64,000 nucleotides of DNA from Occultella glacieicola (GCF_004353825.1 NZ_SMNA01000002.1:310001-374000); one strand, 5' to 3'. Numbered from the stretch's first letter, positions 19,115 through 28,553 are shown. Numbers and translations are program-made. Notes: a model not told the origin generated them from the letters alone.

Positions 19115-20005
19115 ATGACCACCGCAACCGCACCCCGCACCCGCCCTGCCCCGACCCCCGCCCGGCCGCAACGCCGAAGCAGAGCCGTGCCGACGCCGTC
19201 GGCCGTGGCCCGCACCGCGTTCCTCGTGGTGGCAGCCGCGCTGACCCTCGGGCCGGTCATCTGGACCGTCTCGACGTCGCTGCGCAGCCCGGCCGAGTCC
19301 TTCACGCTGCCGCCGCAGCTGATCCCGACCGATCCGGACCTGACCCCGTACATCCAGGTGTTCTCCCAGATCAACATGGGTCTGCTGACCCTGAACTCCG
19401 CGCTGGTCACCGGCTTGATCGCGGTCGGGCAGATGATCACCGCGGCCCTGGCCGGGTACGCGTTCGCGCGCCTGGAGTTCCGGGGTCGCAGCGTGTGGTT
19501 CTCGCTGGTGCTGGCCACGATGATGGTCCCGGTCCAGGTCACGATCGTGCCGGTGTTCATGATCATCCGCGGCCTGGGTCTGTCCGACACGCTCCTGGCG
19601 CTGATCCTGCCGGCCATCCCGACGGCGTTCGGCACGTTCCTGATGCGCCAGTACTTCCTGGGCCTGCCGGTCGAGCTCGGCGAGGCGGCCTCGATCGACG
19701 GTGCCGGGCCGTGGCGCACGTTCGCCTCGATCTACGCGCCGCTCGCCCTGCCGGGCCTGGCCATCATCGGCATCCTCGCGTTCAACTTCCACTGGAACGA
19801 GTTCTTCCGCCCCCTCATCCTCACCATCAGCGAGCAGAACTTCACGTTGCCCCTGGGCCTGGTGTCCCTGCAGGGCAACATGGGCACCGGGTCGATCTCG
19901 GTGGTGCTCGCCGGTGTGGTGCTGTCCATGATCCCCGCCCTCGTCGTCTTCCTGTTCGGGCAGCGCCCGCTGCGCGAGGGCCTGACCGCCGGAGTCTCCA
20001 AGTGA
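19115..20005 (+). CDS. Carbohydrate ABC transporter permease
   Basis: AGYAFARLEFRG, GEAASIDGAG, WNEFFRPL. Confidence 0.9.
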   Translation: MTTATAPRTRPAPTPARPQRRSRAVPTPSAVARTAFLVVAAALTLGPVIWTVSTSLRSPAESFTLPPQLIPTDPDLTPYIQVFSQINMGLLTLNSALVTGLIAVGQMITAALAGYAFARLEFRGRSVWFSLVLATMMVPVQVTIVPVFMIIRGLGLSDTLLALILPAIPTAFGTFLMRQYFLGLPVELGEAASIDGAGPWRTFASIYAPLALPGLAIIGILAFNFHWNEFFRPLILTISEQNFTLPLGLVSLQGNMGTGSISVVLAGVVLSMIPALVVFLFGQRPLREGLTAGVSK

Positions 20006-21288
20006 CCGACCTCTCGACCGTGCTCGATCCGTTCCCGCACCTGCACATCCGCCCGCCGCAGGGGTGGGTGAACGACCCGAACGGGATCGGCCACTGGGAA
20101 GGACGCTGGCACGTCTTCTACCAGTACAACCCCGACGCCCCGGTGCACGAGAACATCCACTGGGGGCACGCCTCCTCGACCGACCTGCTCACCTGGCGCG
20201 ACGAGCCGGTGGCGCTCGCGCCACGGCCGGGCACGATCGACGCGGCCGGCGCGTGGAGCGGGGTCGCCACGATGGACGACGGCGAACCGGTCCTGGTCTA
20301 CACCGCGGTGCCGGACGTCGCGGCGAACGCCGGGGTGGCGCTCGCACACCGGGGCGCCGACGGCGCCTGGGTCCCGGACGACGCGCTGGCCGCGCCCGCG
20401 CCGGGCGGCGACCTCCGGGAGATCCGCGACCCGTTCTTGTTCACCGCCGGCGGGGCTCGCTACGCGCTCATGGGCGGTGGCCGCACGGACGGCACCCCCG
20501 TGGTGCTCGTGTACGCCGCGGACGACCTGGGCCACTGGGAACTGCTCGGCGACCTGCTCGACGGTTCCGACCCGGTCGCGACCGGCGTGGCGCCCGGCAA
20601 GATCTGGGAGTGCCCCCAGCTGGTGGCCCTGCCCGACGGCGCAGGTCGCCTGAGGTGGGTGCTGATCCTCTCGCTGTGGGACGACTCGGGCGACCACCAC
20701 CTGCAGGGCGTGGCCGCCCTGGTCGGCGACCTCGACCTGAGCGGGCCGCACCCGGCGTTCCGGCCGGCCGCCGGACAACGGCTGGACACCGGTCCGGACT
20801 TCTACGCGCCGCAGGCCGTGGCAGGCCCGGACCGGACGCTGCTGTGGGGCTGGACCTGGGAGGCGCGCTTCCGGTCGGCTGCGGAGGTCGCCGGCGCCGG
20901 GTGGGCTGGGGCGCTCACCCTGCCCCGTGAGCTCTCCCTCGACGGCGACCGGGTCGACTCGGTACCCGCCCGGGAGTTGACCGGTCTGCGCCGGGCCCGA
21001 CTCCCGGTGGCCGGCTCCGGCGCCGAGGTGACGGTGCCCGCGTGGGAGGCCGTGGCCGACGGCGGCCTTGTGGTCGGTCTGCGCGGCCGCGACGGCGAGC
21101 GTGAGGTCTGGCGCACGCCCGCCGGCGCGCACGTGGGCTCACGGGTGCTCGTGGACGGCTCGGTCGTGGAGGCGTTCGCCGGCCCGGACGCGCACACGGT
21201 GCGCGCCTACCCGGGGCCGGGCGAGGTGTGGACGGTCCGCGCCGGCGGCGGGCTCAGCGTGTGGGAGCTGGGCCGACCGAGTCCCTGA
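20002..21288 (+). CDS. Glycoside hydrolase family 32 (beta-fructofuranosidase-like), no signal peptide
   Basis: Catalytic motifs WVNDPNG, RDP and WECP; WGHA, WSG, DFYAPQ; GTGA coupling. Confidence 0.92.
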   Translation: MTDLSTVLDPFPHLHIRPPQGWVNDPNGIGHWEGRWHVFYQYNPDAPVHENIHWGHASSTDLLTWRDEPVALAPRPGTIDAAGAWSGVATMDDGEPVLVYTAVPDVAANAGVALAHRGADGAWVPDDALAAPAPGGDLREIRDPFLFTAGGARYALMGGGRTDGTPVVLVYAADDLGHWELLGDLLDGSDPVATGVAPGKIWECPQLVALPDGAGRLRWVLILSLWDDSGDHHLQGVAALVGDLDLSGPHPAFRPAAGQRLDTGPDFYAPQAVAGPDRTLLWGWTWEARFRSAAEVAGAGWAGALTLPRELSLDGDRVDSVPARELTGLRRARLPVAGSGAEVTVPAWEAVADGGLVVGLRGRDGEREVWRTPAGAHVGSRVLVDGSVVEAFAGPDAHTVRAYPGPGEVWTVRAGGGLSVWELGRPSP

Positions 21289-22288
21289 CCACCAGGTTGC
21301 ACGGCACCAGGACGTCCTGTTCCGGCAGCGGCCGGCCGTCGAGGACATTGTCCAGGAGCAGTTCCATCGCGAGTTCCCCGATCCGCCGGTGCGGCAGGTC
21401 GATCGTGGTCAGCGGCGGCGACATCTGCGCGGCCACGTCGGTCTCGTCGTCGTAGCCGATCACGGACACGTCCTGCGGCACCCGCAGGCCGAGCCGAGCC
21501 GCGGCGAGCACCACCCCGACCGCCACCCGGTCGCGGGCGCACACGAACGCCGTCGGGCGCTGTGCCGCGGGGACGTCCAGCAGCGCCGCCGCGTGCCGGG
21601 CGCCGGTCTCGATGCTCCAGCCGGCATCGATCACCCGGGCCTGCGTGGCACCGACCTCCCGGGCCGCGCGCTCGAACCCGCGGCGCCGGCGCTCGGTCGC
21701 GGGGATGTACTCGCGCTCGTCCTGGTCCCGCCCGGCAAGCATCACCACCCGCCGGTGGCCCTGGTCGAACACGGCCCGCGCCGCCCGGTAGCCACCCTCG
21801 AGCTCGTCGGCGATCACCCCGGCCGGACCGCCGGGCGCGAAGCAGTTGGCCAGCACCGTGGGCAGCTCGACCATCGACGGGTCGGGCGTGACCTCCCGCA
21901 TGGACATGGCCGCATGCACGAACGCGTCGACCTGGCGCCCGCGCAGGGCCGCCACCATCTGGTGCTCGCGGGCGTCGTCGAGGCCGTAGTCGGCCACGAT
22001 GGTCAGGTAGCCGCGGGCGAACGCCGCCTCGCGGGCCCCCTGCAGGAGCGGGCCGGCGAACGGGCTGGTGGTGATCTCGTCGGTGACGATGCCGATCGTG
22101 GAGGTCGACCGGCGCCGCAGGTTCACCGCGGAGGCGTTCGGCCGGTACCCGAGTTCGGCCGCGGCCGCATGGATCCTGGCTTGGTTCGCCGCGGAGATGC
22201 TGCCCTCGCCACGCCCGTTCAGCACCAGGGAGACGGCGGTCCTGGAGACCCCCGCTCGCCGTGCCACGTCCGCACTGGTCACCGTCAA
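21254..22288 (-). CDS. LacI family transcriptional regulator
   Basis: TSADVARRAGVSRTAVSLVLN, ELGYRPN, VPQDVSVIGYD; TTG start 7 nt after AGGAG; 35-bp convergent overlap with GH32. Confidence 0.9.
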   Translation of the reverse strand: MTVTSADVARRAGVSRTAVSLVLNGRGEGSISAANQARIHAAAAELGYRPNASAVNLRRRSTSTIGIVTDEITTSPFAGPLLQGAREAAFARGYLTIVADYGLDDAREHQMVAALRGRQVDAFVHAAMSMREVTPDPSMVELPTVLANCFAPGGPAGVIADELEGGYRAARAVFDQGHRRVVMLAGRDQDEREYIPATERRRRGFERAAREVGATQARVIDAGWSIETGARHAAALLDVPAAQRPTAFVCARDRVAVGVVLAAARLGLRVPQDVSVIGYDDETDVAAQMSPPLTTIDLPHRRIGELAMELLLDNVLDGRPLPEQDVLVPCNLVVRDSVGPAPTR

Positions 22289-22297
22289 CGCTGCGCT

Positions 22298-22313
22298 CCT
22301 AACTCGTGTCAGG
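22298..22313. promoter_or_regulatory. Probable autoregulatory LacI operator
   Basis: CCTAACTCGTGTCAGG resembles the CCTGTCACGTGTTAGG box at 16724-16739 and overlaps the lacI RBS. Confidence 0.6.
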
Positions 22314-22403
22314 TCACCATCGTAGCCAGCGCGCTGCGGTGCGGTGCGATCCGACATCCGCCGATCGTGACCGGACCGGGCGCGCGGGTCGGATCGGGTG
22401 GCC

Positions 22404-23360
22404 TCAGGACGTGCTGGCGTGCACGTGGTCGTAGTGGTTGGCCGTGGCGCTGCCGCGATCTGCCAGGTGGGCCCACGCACCGGTGGCGTCGCCGGCCATC
22501 CAGATCTGCTGCTCGAAGATCAGGTAGGTGATGCCGAGCTCACCGGCATGTGCCTGGAGGAACCCGGCGATCTCCCACCCGGCGGCGCCGGTGACCATGA
22601 TGTCGAGGGCGTGGCCGGACCCGTGGTCGCCGCCGTCGCCGGCGCGGTAGCCCCCGTAGGCGGAGGCGACGCCGGGGAACGCGGCACACACGGCGCGGTA
22701 GGCCGCCGCGGCGTTCGCCGCCAATGACGACTCGATCTCCTGGCTGGTGGTGCACGCCGCGCCGGAGACGCCCGGGTCCTCGGGCTCCTGCGCGACCGGC
22801 TCCTCGTCGGCGAGGTAGTTCGAACTCACCCACGCCACCCGCTCGCCCCAGATCACCTGGGTCCAGCCGTCGGCGCTCGCGCCGGTCACGTCGACCGCGT
22901 CGGCCCACGCGAACGTGGTCAGCCGCTCGTCATCGACGGACGGACCCGAGCGGACGTTGACGGCGGAGGTCACCCACAACTGGCCGGTCACCTCGGGCAG
23001 GGGTTCGGGCGTGCTCGTCGCGGGGTCCGGCGTCGGCGTGGGCGTGGGTGCGTCGACCGATTCGCGCGCCTCAGATCGTTGCGCGACCTCGTCGGAGCGT
23101 TCGTCGAGAACGGTGCCGGCTGTGCCGTCGGTGCCGTCGGTGCCGTCGGTACCGATGAACGGGACCGGGGCCTGCGCCGTGGACCTGGTCGCGGGGCTCT
23201 GGTCGACCGGGACCGCGGCGGCCAGGCTCGCGAGCGCGAAGGCGCCCGCAGCGGCGGCGCCGAGCATCCGGGACAACGGCGTGCGCCGGGTCCCGACGGC
23301 ACGGTGACGGCCTGCTGGCACGAAGTTCCTCACGGTCGATCGGTCATGGAGCCGAGCCAT
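22404..23360 (-). CDS. Secreted SH3b-domain protein with C-terminal HYDHVH zinc-peptidase-like domain (probable peptidoglycan hydrolase)
   Basis: GRHRA leader plus hydrophobic signal, VNVRSGPS..GWTQV..WVSSNYL (SH3b), DHGSGHALDIM, ANHYDHVH. Start 23360 or 23333. Confidence 0.75.
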   Translation of the reverse strand: MARLHDRSTVRNFVPAGRHRAVGTRRTPLSRMLGAAAAGAFALASLAAAVPVDQSPATRSTAQAPVPFIGTDGTDGTDGTAGTVLDERSDEVAQRSEARESVDAPTPTPTPDPATSTPEPLPEVTGQLWVTSAVNVRSGPSVDDERLTTFAWADAVDVTGASADGWTQVIWGERVAWVSSNYLADEEPVAQEPEDPGVSGAACTTSQEIESSLAANAAAAYRAVCAAFPGVASAYGGYRAGDGGDHGSGHALDIMVTGAAGWEIAGFLQAHAGELGITYLIFEQQIWMAGDATGAWAHLADRGSATANHYDHVHASTS

Positions 23361-23534
23361 CGTAACCAAATCGTTATCAAAAGTCAGATGACGTGAGGTG
23401 GGTCACGAGCCCTCGCACTCGGTTCGACGGTGAACCGATCCGGCGCGGCAGACAGTTCCTGGGACCGCACTCAGGTTGTCCACAGATCACGGATGCCACT
23501 GGCCCGACGACCCGACGGCGCCTATCGTCGGTAC

Positions 23535-23843
23535 ATGCCGAAGACTCCCACCGAGCTCGAGCGCAAGGTCGATCAACTGGACAACGATGTCCACGAGATC
23601 TATTCGATGCTCACCACGATCACCGACCAGCAGTTGGCTCACGACGCTCGCTTCGACTCGATCGACCAGCGGCTCGATGGCCACAACAGCCGACTCGACT
23701 CGATCGACCAGCGGCTCGATGGCCACAACACCCGACTCGACTCGATCGACCAGCGGCTCGATGGCCACAACACCCGACTCGACACGATCGACCAGAAGTT
23801 GGATACGGTCATCACGATCCTGGGTGGAGCACCGCAGGGCTGA
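23535..23843 (+). CDS. Small heptad-repeat coiled-coil protein (102 aa)
   Basis: TATCGT -10 box 6 nt before ATG; repeats RLDSIDQ-RLDGHNT. Confidence 0.75.
   Translation: MPKTPTELERKVDQLDNDVHEIYSMLTTITDQQLAHDARFDSIDQRLDGHNSRLDSIDQRLDGHNTRLDSIDQRLDGHNTRLDTIDQKLDTVITILGGAPQG
23653..23795 (+). repeat. 42-bp tandem repeat, about 3.4 copies, in frame within the coiled-coil gene
   Basis: Unit TCGACTCGATCGACCAGCGGCTCGATGGCCACAACA(G/C)CCGAC at 23653, 23695 and 23737, partial copy at 23779. Confidence 0.95.
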
Positions 23844-23967
23844 GCCACCGTCGTCGGGTGCCCGGCCGGGCGTCCTGCGCGTCTCGCAGGAGCCCCTCGG
23901 GCCGGCGACGTGCGCGCGTCGGTGGCGGATGCCTCGACCCCCTGGATCGCATCCCCTCCGGGTGCCG

Positions 23968-24318
23968 TCAGCGGCTGGTGGCATCCAGGCGTTGCAGCAG
24001 GTCGTGCGCGGCGAGCTCGATCTCCTTGTGCCGCCACTCCGAGGCGCGGTAGACGCACGCGATCAGCGCAGTCCGGTGCACGCGCCGGAAATCGCCGTAC
24101 ACGAACGCGTACCGAGCCTTGGTCCCATCCGCAGCGCCGTCGGTGAGGCCGAGGTGCCACGCCCCGTAGTCCTGCCACGAGTGCCGCTCGAGATAGCCGT
24201 TCTGAGCGTCGGCCCGCGGCTGCGCGTCGCCCCAGTCGCTGTCCAGCACGTACTGCCTGGCGTCGATCAGCCGACCCGCCTGCTCGATTCCGGCGGGGTT
24301 CACCCGGTACGTCGCCAT
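23968..24318 (-). CDS. Hypothetical protein (116 aa)
   Basis: Good codon bias; aromatic-rich motifs YGAWHLG and TKARYAFVYGDFRRVHR; starts 7 nt after the last ABC permease stop. Confidence 0.75.
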   Translation of the reverse strand: MATYRVNPAGIEQAGRLIDARQYVLDSDWGDAQPRADAQNGYLERHSWQDYGAWHLGLTDGAADGTKARYAFVYGDFRRVHRTALIACVYRASEWRHKEIELAAHDLLQRLDATSR

Positions 24319-24325
24319 CTGCGAC

Positions 24326-25216
24326 TCAGCCCTTCACGGACCCGGACATCAGCCCGCCCACGAAGTACTTCCCGAGCAGAATGTAGACCAGCAGCGTCGG
24401 CAGCGACGCGAACAGCGCACCGGCCATCGACACGCCGTAGTTCTGCAGTTGGGCCCCGTTGGCGAGGTTGTTCAGCGCCACGGTCACCGGGCCGGTGTTC
24501 GGGGTGGAGAAGAACACGGCGAACAGGAAGTCGTTCCACGCGGAGGTGAACTGCCAGATCAGGACGACGACGAAGCTGGGGATCGAGATCGGAAGGACCA
24601 CCCAGGCGTAGGTGCGCAGCATGCCCGCGCCGTCCATGCGGGCGGCCTCGATGAGTTCGTGCGGCACCGACTCGTAGTAGTTGCGGAAGATCAGGGTGGT
24701 GATCGGGATGCCATAGATCACGTGCAGCAGGATCAGGGTCGGCACGCCATTCGGCAGCCCCAGGTCCAGGACGATCTGGTTCAGCGGGATCATCACGGCC
24801 TGGTACGGGATGAACATCCCGAACAGGATCAGCGTGAACACCACGTTCGCTCCGCGGAAGGACCAGCGGGAGAGCACGAACCCGTTCATCGACCCGAGGA
24901 ACGCGGAGATGATCGAGGCGGGGATCACCATCTGCAGGGTGCGCCCGATCGCCGGCGCGAGGGTGTCCCAGGCCATGATCCAGTTGTCCGCGATCCACAG
25001 TTGCGGCAGTGCCCAGGCCCGGCTCGGCGTCGCGTCCCCCGGGCCCTTGAAGCTGGTCACGAGCAGCACGTAGACGGGGATCAGCACGATCACCAGCGAG
25101 AACAGCGCGATCGCGTACCGGGCGGTGCGGGCCGCCGTGAACCGGCCCTTGGGGCGCCGGATGGCCGGCGTCAGCTGGTCGGTGCCGGGGGCGGCGGTGG
25201 TGGTGGTGGTGGTCAT
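24326..25216 (-). CDS. Carbohydrate ABC transporter permease
   Basis: LIEAARMDGAG, WQFTSAWNDFLF, FVGGLMSGSVKG. Confidence 0.9.
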   Translation of the reverse strand: MTTTTTTAAPGTDQLTPAIRRPKGRFTAARTARYAIALFSLVIVLIPVYVLLVTSFKGPGDATPSRAWALPQLWIADNWIMAWDTLAPAIGRTLQMVIPASIISAFLGSMNGFVLSRWSFRGANVVFTLILFGMFIPYQAVMIPLNQIVLDLGLPNGVPTLILLHVIYGIPITTLIFRNYYESVPHELIEAARMDGAGMLRTYAWVVLPISIPSFVVVLIWQFTSAWNDFLFAVFFSTPNTGPVTVALNNLANGAQLQNYGVSMAGALFASLPTLLVYILLGKYFVGGLMSGSVKG

Positions 25217-26118
25217 CGCCCGCTCGCCTCCTTCCGGGACGTGTGGATCAGGTACGGGACGACCAGCACCGCCACGATGATGAGCAGGATGGCGCCGACC
25301 GCCGCGGAGTTCGCGTAGTCGAAGCTGGACTTGAACACGTACATGTCCACCGCCGGCACCTTGGTCTGGTAGTTCGACGGCTTCGAGATCGACATGATCA
25401 GGTCGAACGCCTTCAGCGACATGTGCCCGATGATGATCAGCGCGGACAGTGCCACCGGGGACAGTTGCGGGAAGATCACGTGCCGGTAGACCTGCCACTC
25501 GCTCGCGCCGTCCATCCGGCCGGCCTCACGCAACTCCTCCGGGACGCCGCGGAAGCCGGCCAGGAACAGCGCCATCACATATCCGGACAACTGCCAGATC
25601 GCCGGCAGCGCGATCGCCGCGATGCCCCAGGTGATGTTGTTCCACCACGGGTTCTGCAGGAAGTCCAGGCCGACCATCTGGAAGAGCCGGTTCAGACCGA
25701 GGGCCGCCTCCCCTTCGTTGGAGTTCAGCAGCCACCGCCACACCACCCCGGAGGCGATGAAGGACACCGCCATCGGGAACAGGTAGACCGAGCGGAACAG
25801 GCCCTCACCGCGCATCGGCCGCTCCAGCAGCCACGCCCACATGAACCCGATCAGCATCGTGCCGACCAGGAACACCACGGTGTACAGCAGCAGGTTCTTC
25901 AGCGAGTGCTGGAACGCCTCGGAGGCGAGCAGGTCGAGATAGTTCTGGATACCGACGAACACCGTCGGCTGGGCGCCGGTGGCCTGCGCGGCGGTGTGGC
26001 TGTCCGTGGCGGACGTCGCGAAGTTGGCGGCGATCAGGCCGTAGACGAACACGGCCAGGAGGATCATGGACGGGGTCAGCAGCAGGACCGGGGGTCCCCA
26101 CCGCTTGATGGTCTTCAC
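25213..26118 (-). CDS. Carbohydrate ABC transporter permease
   Basis: FVGIQNY, YLFPMAVSFIASGVVWRWLL, LREAGRMDGA. Confidence 0.9.
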   Translation of the reverse strand: MKTIKRWGPPVLLLTPSMILLAVFVYGLIAANFATSATDSHTAAQATGAQPTVFVGIQNYLDLLASEAFQHSLKNLLLYTVVFLVGTMLIGFMWAWLLERPMRGEGLFRSVYLFPMAVSFIASGVVWRWLLNSNEGEAALGLNRLFQMVGLDFLQNPWWNNITWGIAAIALPAIWQLSGYVMALFLAGFRGVPEELREAGRMDGASEWQVYRHVIFPQLSPVALSALIIIGHMSLKAFDLIMSISKPSNYQTKVPAVDMYVFKSSFDYANSAAVGAILLIIVAVLVVPYLIHTSRKEASGR

Positions 26119-26191
26119 GGATCTATCCTCCGACGGCGGTCAATGGGTTCTGGCGGACCGGCGCACGTCCGCCGGTGGTACCTGGGCACGG

Positions 26192-26227
26192 GTGCGTGCC
26201 CGGTCGCCGCGGCGCCCGGGCACGCAC
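26192..26227 (-). terminator. Stem-loop after the binding-protein gene (mRNA stabiliser or partial terminator)
   Basis: GTGCGTGCCCGG / CCGGGCACGCAC 12-bp arms. Confidence 0.6.
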
Positions 26228-26234
26228 TCGAACA

Positions 26235-27509
26235 TCAGCCGGCGGCGGCCGCCAACTCCTCCTGGTAGGTCGCCAGGTCGGAACCACCGGTCGTGTACTT
26301 GCTGGTGGCGTCGGAGATGGCGGTCGACCACGCGATCGGCGCCGCGGCCCCGTGGGCGAGCGACGGCACGATTGCGTCGTTCGCGTAGGACTCGATCGCC
26401 GTCTGCTGGTACTCGGAGAAGTCCGCCGGGTCGGCGTCGGTGCGGGCCGGGATCGAGCCCTTCGCCTGGTTGAACGCGACCTGGCCCTCGAGCGAGCCGA
26501 CCGTCTCCAACCAGGCCGTGGCGCCGTCGGGGTTGGGCGCCCCGACCGGGAGGGTGAACGAGTCGGCCAGGAAGCCGAACTGCCCGTCGCTGCCGGGGAC
26601 CGGGAAGTCCACGAAGCCGGGGCCCCGCTCGACTCCCTGTTCCTCGAACGCGGCCACGGCCCAGTCGCCCATCACGTTGTAGGCGGCCGTCCCGTCGATC
26701 ACCATCTGGGTGGCCTCGGGCCAGTCGAGCCCGTCCCGGTCGGTGTTCGTGAAGCTCATCAGGGTCTCGAAGTGCTCAAGCGCACCGGTGACCTCGGCCC
26801 CGGCCCAATCGGTCTCACCGTTCCACAGCCCGATGTACGCCTCCGGTCCGAGGTCGGCCATCAGCACGGTTTCGAGCAGGTTCACCTGGGTCCATGTGGT
26901 CGCCACCGACAGCGCCGTCACGCCGGTGGCCTGCACGGCCTCGAGGTCGGCGATCCAGGCGTCGATGTCCGCGGGCACCGCGGACGGGTCGATGCCGGCC
27001 GCCTCGAGCACGGTCGGGTTCGCCCAGACCACGTTGGAGCGGTGGATGTTGGAGGGCACCGAATAGATGGCGCCGTCCACGGTGAGCAGGTCCAGCAGGT
27101 CCTGCGGGAACGCGTCGGTGAGGCCGAACTCCGTGTAGAGGTCGGAGATGTCCTCGATCTGACCGGCCGAGATGTAGTCGGTCAGCTCCGCACCGGCGTG
27201 CGCCTGGAACGTGTCCGGCGGGTCACCCGCCTGCATGCGGGTCTGGAGCAGGTCCTTGGCGGCGGAACCGGCCCCGCCGGCCACCGCGCCGTTGACGAAC
27301 GTGAAGTCGGGGTGCTGCTCGGCGAAGACCGCCTCGAGCGCCTCCAACCCGGTCAGTTCCGAGCCGGCGGCCCACCAGGTGAAGACCTCCACGTCGGTGC
27401 CGCCGTCACCGCCGCCACCGCCGTCACCACTGCCGTCGCCGCCACCGCTGCAGGCGGTCAGGGCGAGCCCAATCGCGGCGGCCGTCGCCACCACACCGAT
27501 GCGTCGCAT
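26235..27509 (-). CDS. Sugar (glucose/mannose-type) ABC substrate-binding lipoprotein
   Basis: Lipobox LTAC; VFTWWAAGSE, GDPPDTFQAHAG, SVPSNIHRSN, MGDWA, FNQAKGSIPARTD, SLAHG. Confidence 0.85.
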   Translation of the reverse strand: MRRIGVVATAAAIGLALTACSGGGDGSGDGGGGGDGGTDVEVFTWWAAGSELTGLEALEAVFAEQHPDFTFVNGAVAGGAGSAAKDLLQTRMQAGDPPDTFQAHAGAELTDYISAGQIEDISDLYTEFGLTDAFPQDLLDLLTVDGAIYSVPSNIHRSNVVWANPTVLEAAGIDPSAVPADIDAWIADLEAVQATGVTALSVATTWTQVNLLETVLMADLGPEAYIGLWNGETDWAGAEVTGALEHFETLMSFTNTDRDGLDWPEATQMVIDGTAAYNVMGDWAVAAFEEQGVERGPGFVDFPVPGSDGQFGFLADSFTLPVGAPNPDGATAWLETVGSLEGQVAFNQAKGSIPARTDADPADFSEYQQTAIESYANDAIVPSLAHGAAAPIAWSTAISDATSKYTTGGSDLATYQEELAAAAG

Positions 27510-27661
27510 ACATCACTCCTTCATGATCAGTCCGACTCGGCGGACATGTCGCGCCAGCCGGCGCAACGACTCTCATTCTGTTCCCCGGTATCGGCAGGGG
27601 CCTGCGTGGGCACCAAACCGTCGCCAAGTTGTGACCTTCTCGTTCGGCGGAAATCCGCCGG

Positions 27662-27675
27662 TCGGAGCGCTCTCA
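27662..27675. promoter_or_regulatory. CelR/CebR-like LacI operator upstream of the glucose-type ABC operon
   Basis: TCGGAGCGCTCTCA, 12/14 match to TGAGAGCGCTCTCA at 50661. Confidence 0.5.
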
Positions 27676-27689
27676 TGGGCGCCGCTGGA

Positions 27690-28166
27690 TCAGCGGCATT
27701 CACTATGGACCCCGGCGAGGGCGGAACGCAAACCCCGCTGACCGGAGGCCATCACGGCGGCGTGCGCACGAGCGAACCACCGCCCGGCGAGCGGCGCCAC
27801 CAGGCGCATCCACCGCCGTCGGGGGTGCACCTGCCACACGGTCTCCATCACCACCCCGGCGCCGTCGTCGCGCAACGACCACACGCCCGAGCCGACCAGA
27901 TCCCCCACCACCCGCGCCCGTGCGAGGACGCCCGGGGTGACCTCGGTCAGTTCCACACCGAACCGGAGCCGGTACCCGGTCGGCGCGCGCACGGTCAGCA
28001 GCGTGCGTTCGCCCACATGATCGCCGTCGCCGGCCCGCACCACGGTCGCGCCGACCACACCCGGCCACCAGCGCGGCCAGGTCGCGGCGTCCGAGAGCAC
28101 CCGCCAGACCTGCGCAGCGGTGGCGTCCGCGCGCCATCTGGACGTGAACCTGAAGCCATCGATCAC
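27690..28166 (-). CDS. SRPBCC / polyketide cyclase-dehydrase family protein
   Basis: FRFTSRW..VWRVLSDAATWPRWWPGV, GDLVGSGVW, HAAVMASGQRGL. Confidence 0.8.
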   Translation of the reverse strand: MIDGFRFTSRWRADATAAQVWRVLSDAATWPRWWPGVVGATVVRAGDGDHVGERTLLTVRAPTGYRLRFGVELTEVTPGVLARARVVGDLVGSGVWSLRDDGAGVVMETVWQVHPRRRWMRLVAPLAGRWFARAHAAVMASGQRGLRSALAGVHSECR

Positions 28167-28265
28167 CGCGCGCCCCTCCCCACGCCGTCGGGCGATGCCG
28201 GGCCATGCCCGGATCCGAGACCAGATTGCCCGGCGCCGACGGCCGCCGCCACCTATCGTGTGGAG

Positions 28266-28553
28266 ATGGCCGACGTCGTCCAGGTGCGCCGCGCGCACCC
28301 CCTTGAGACCGTCGTCGCGTCGTTCGGGATCCTGCTCACGGTGGCGCAGCTCCCGTTCTACGTCGCGGCCGGCGTGGTGGCACCCCCGTGGGGTGCACTC
28401 GTCCTCAGTGTCGCGTGGGTGGCCCTGTTCACCCTGGGTCTGCGCTGGTTCCGCGATCACCCGACCTGGGTCCTGCTGGTGCCCGCGCTCGCCGCCGCCG
28501 TCTGGATCATGTCGGTGACCGTGGTCGAGCCCTACCTCGGCTGGGGTCCCTGA
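28266..28553 (+). CDS. Small membrane protein, about 3 TM helices
   Basis: TATCGT -10 box 6 nt before ATG; hydrophobic 95 aa ending YLGWGP. Confidence 0.65.
   Translation: MADVVQVRRAHPLETVVASFGILLTVAQLPFYVAAGVVAPPWGALVLSVAWVALFTLGLRWFRDHPTWVLLVPALAAAVWIMSVTVVEPYLGWGP

Noticed and set aside
23653..23795. 42-bp direct repeats as a CRISPR array
   Set aside because: Units are contiguous with no unique spacers, keep a reading frame, and no cas genes are present
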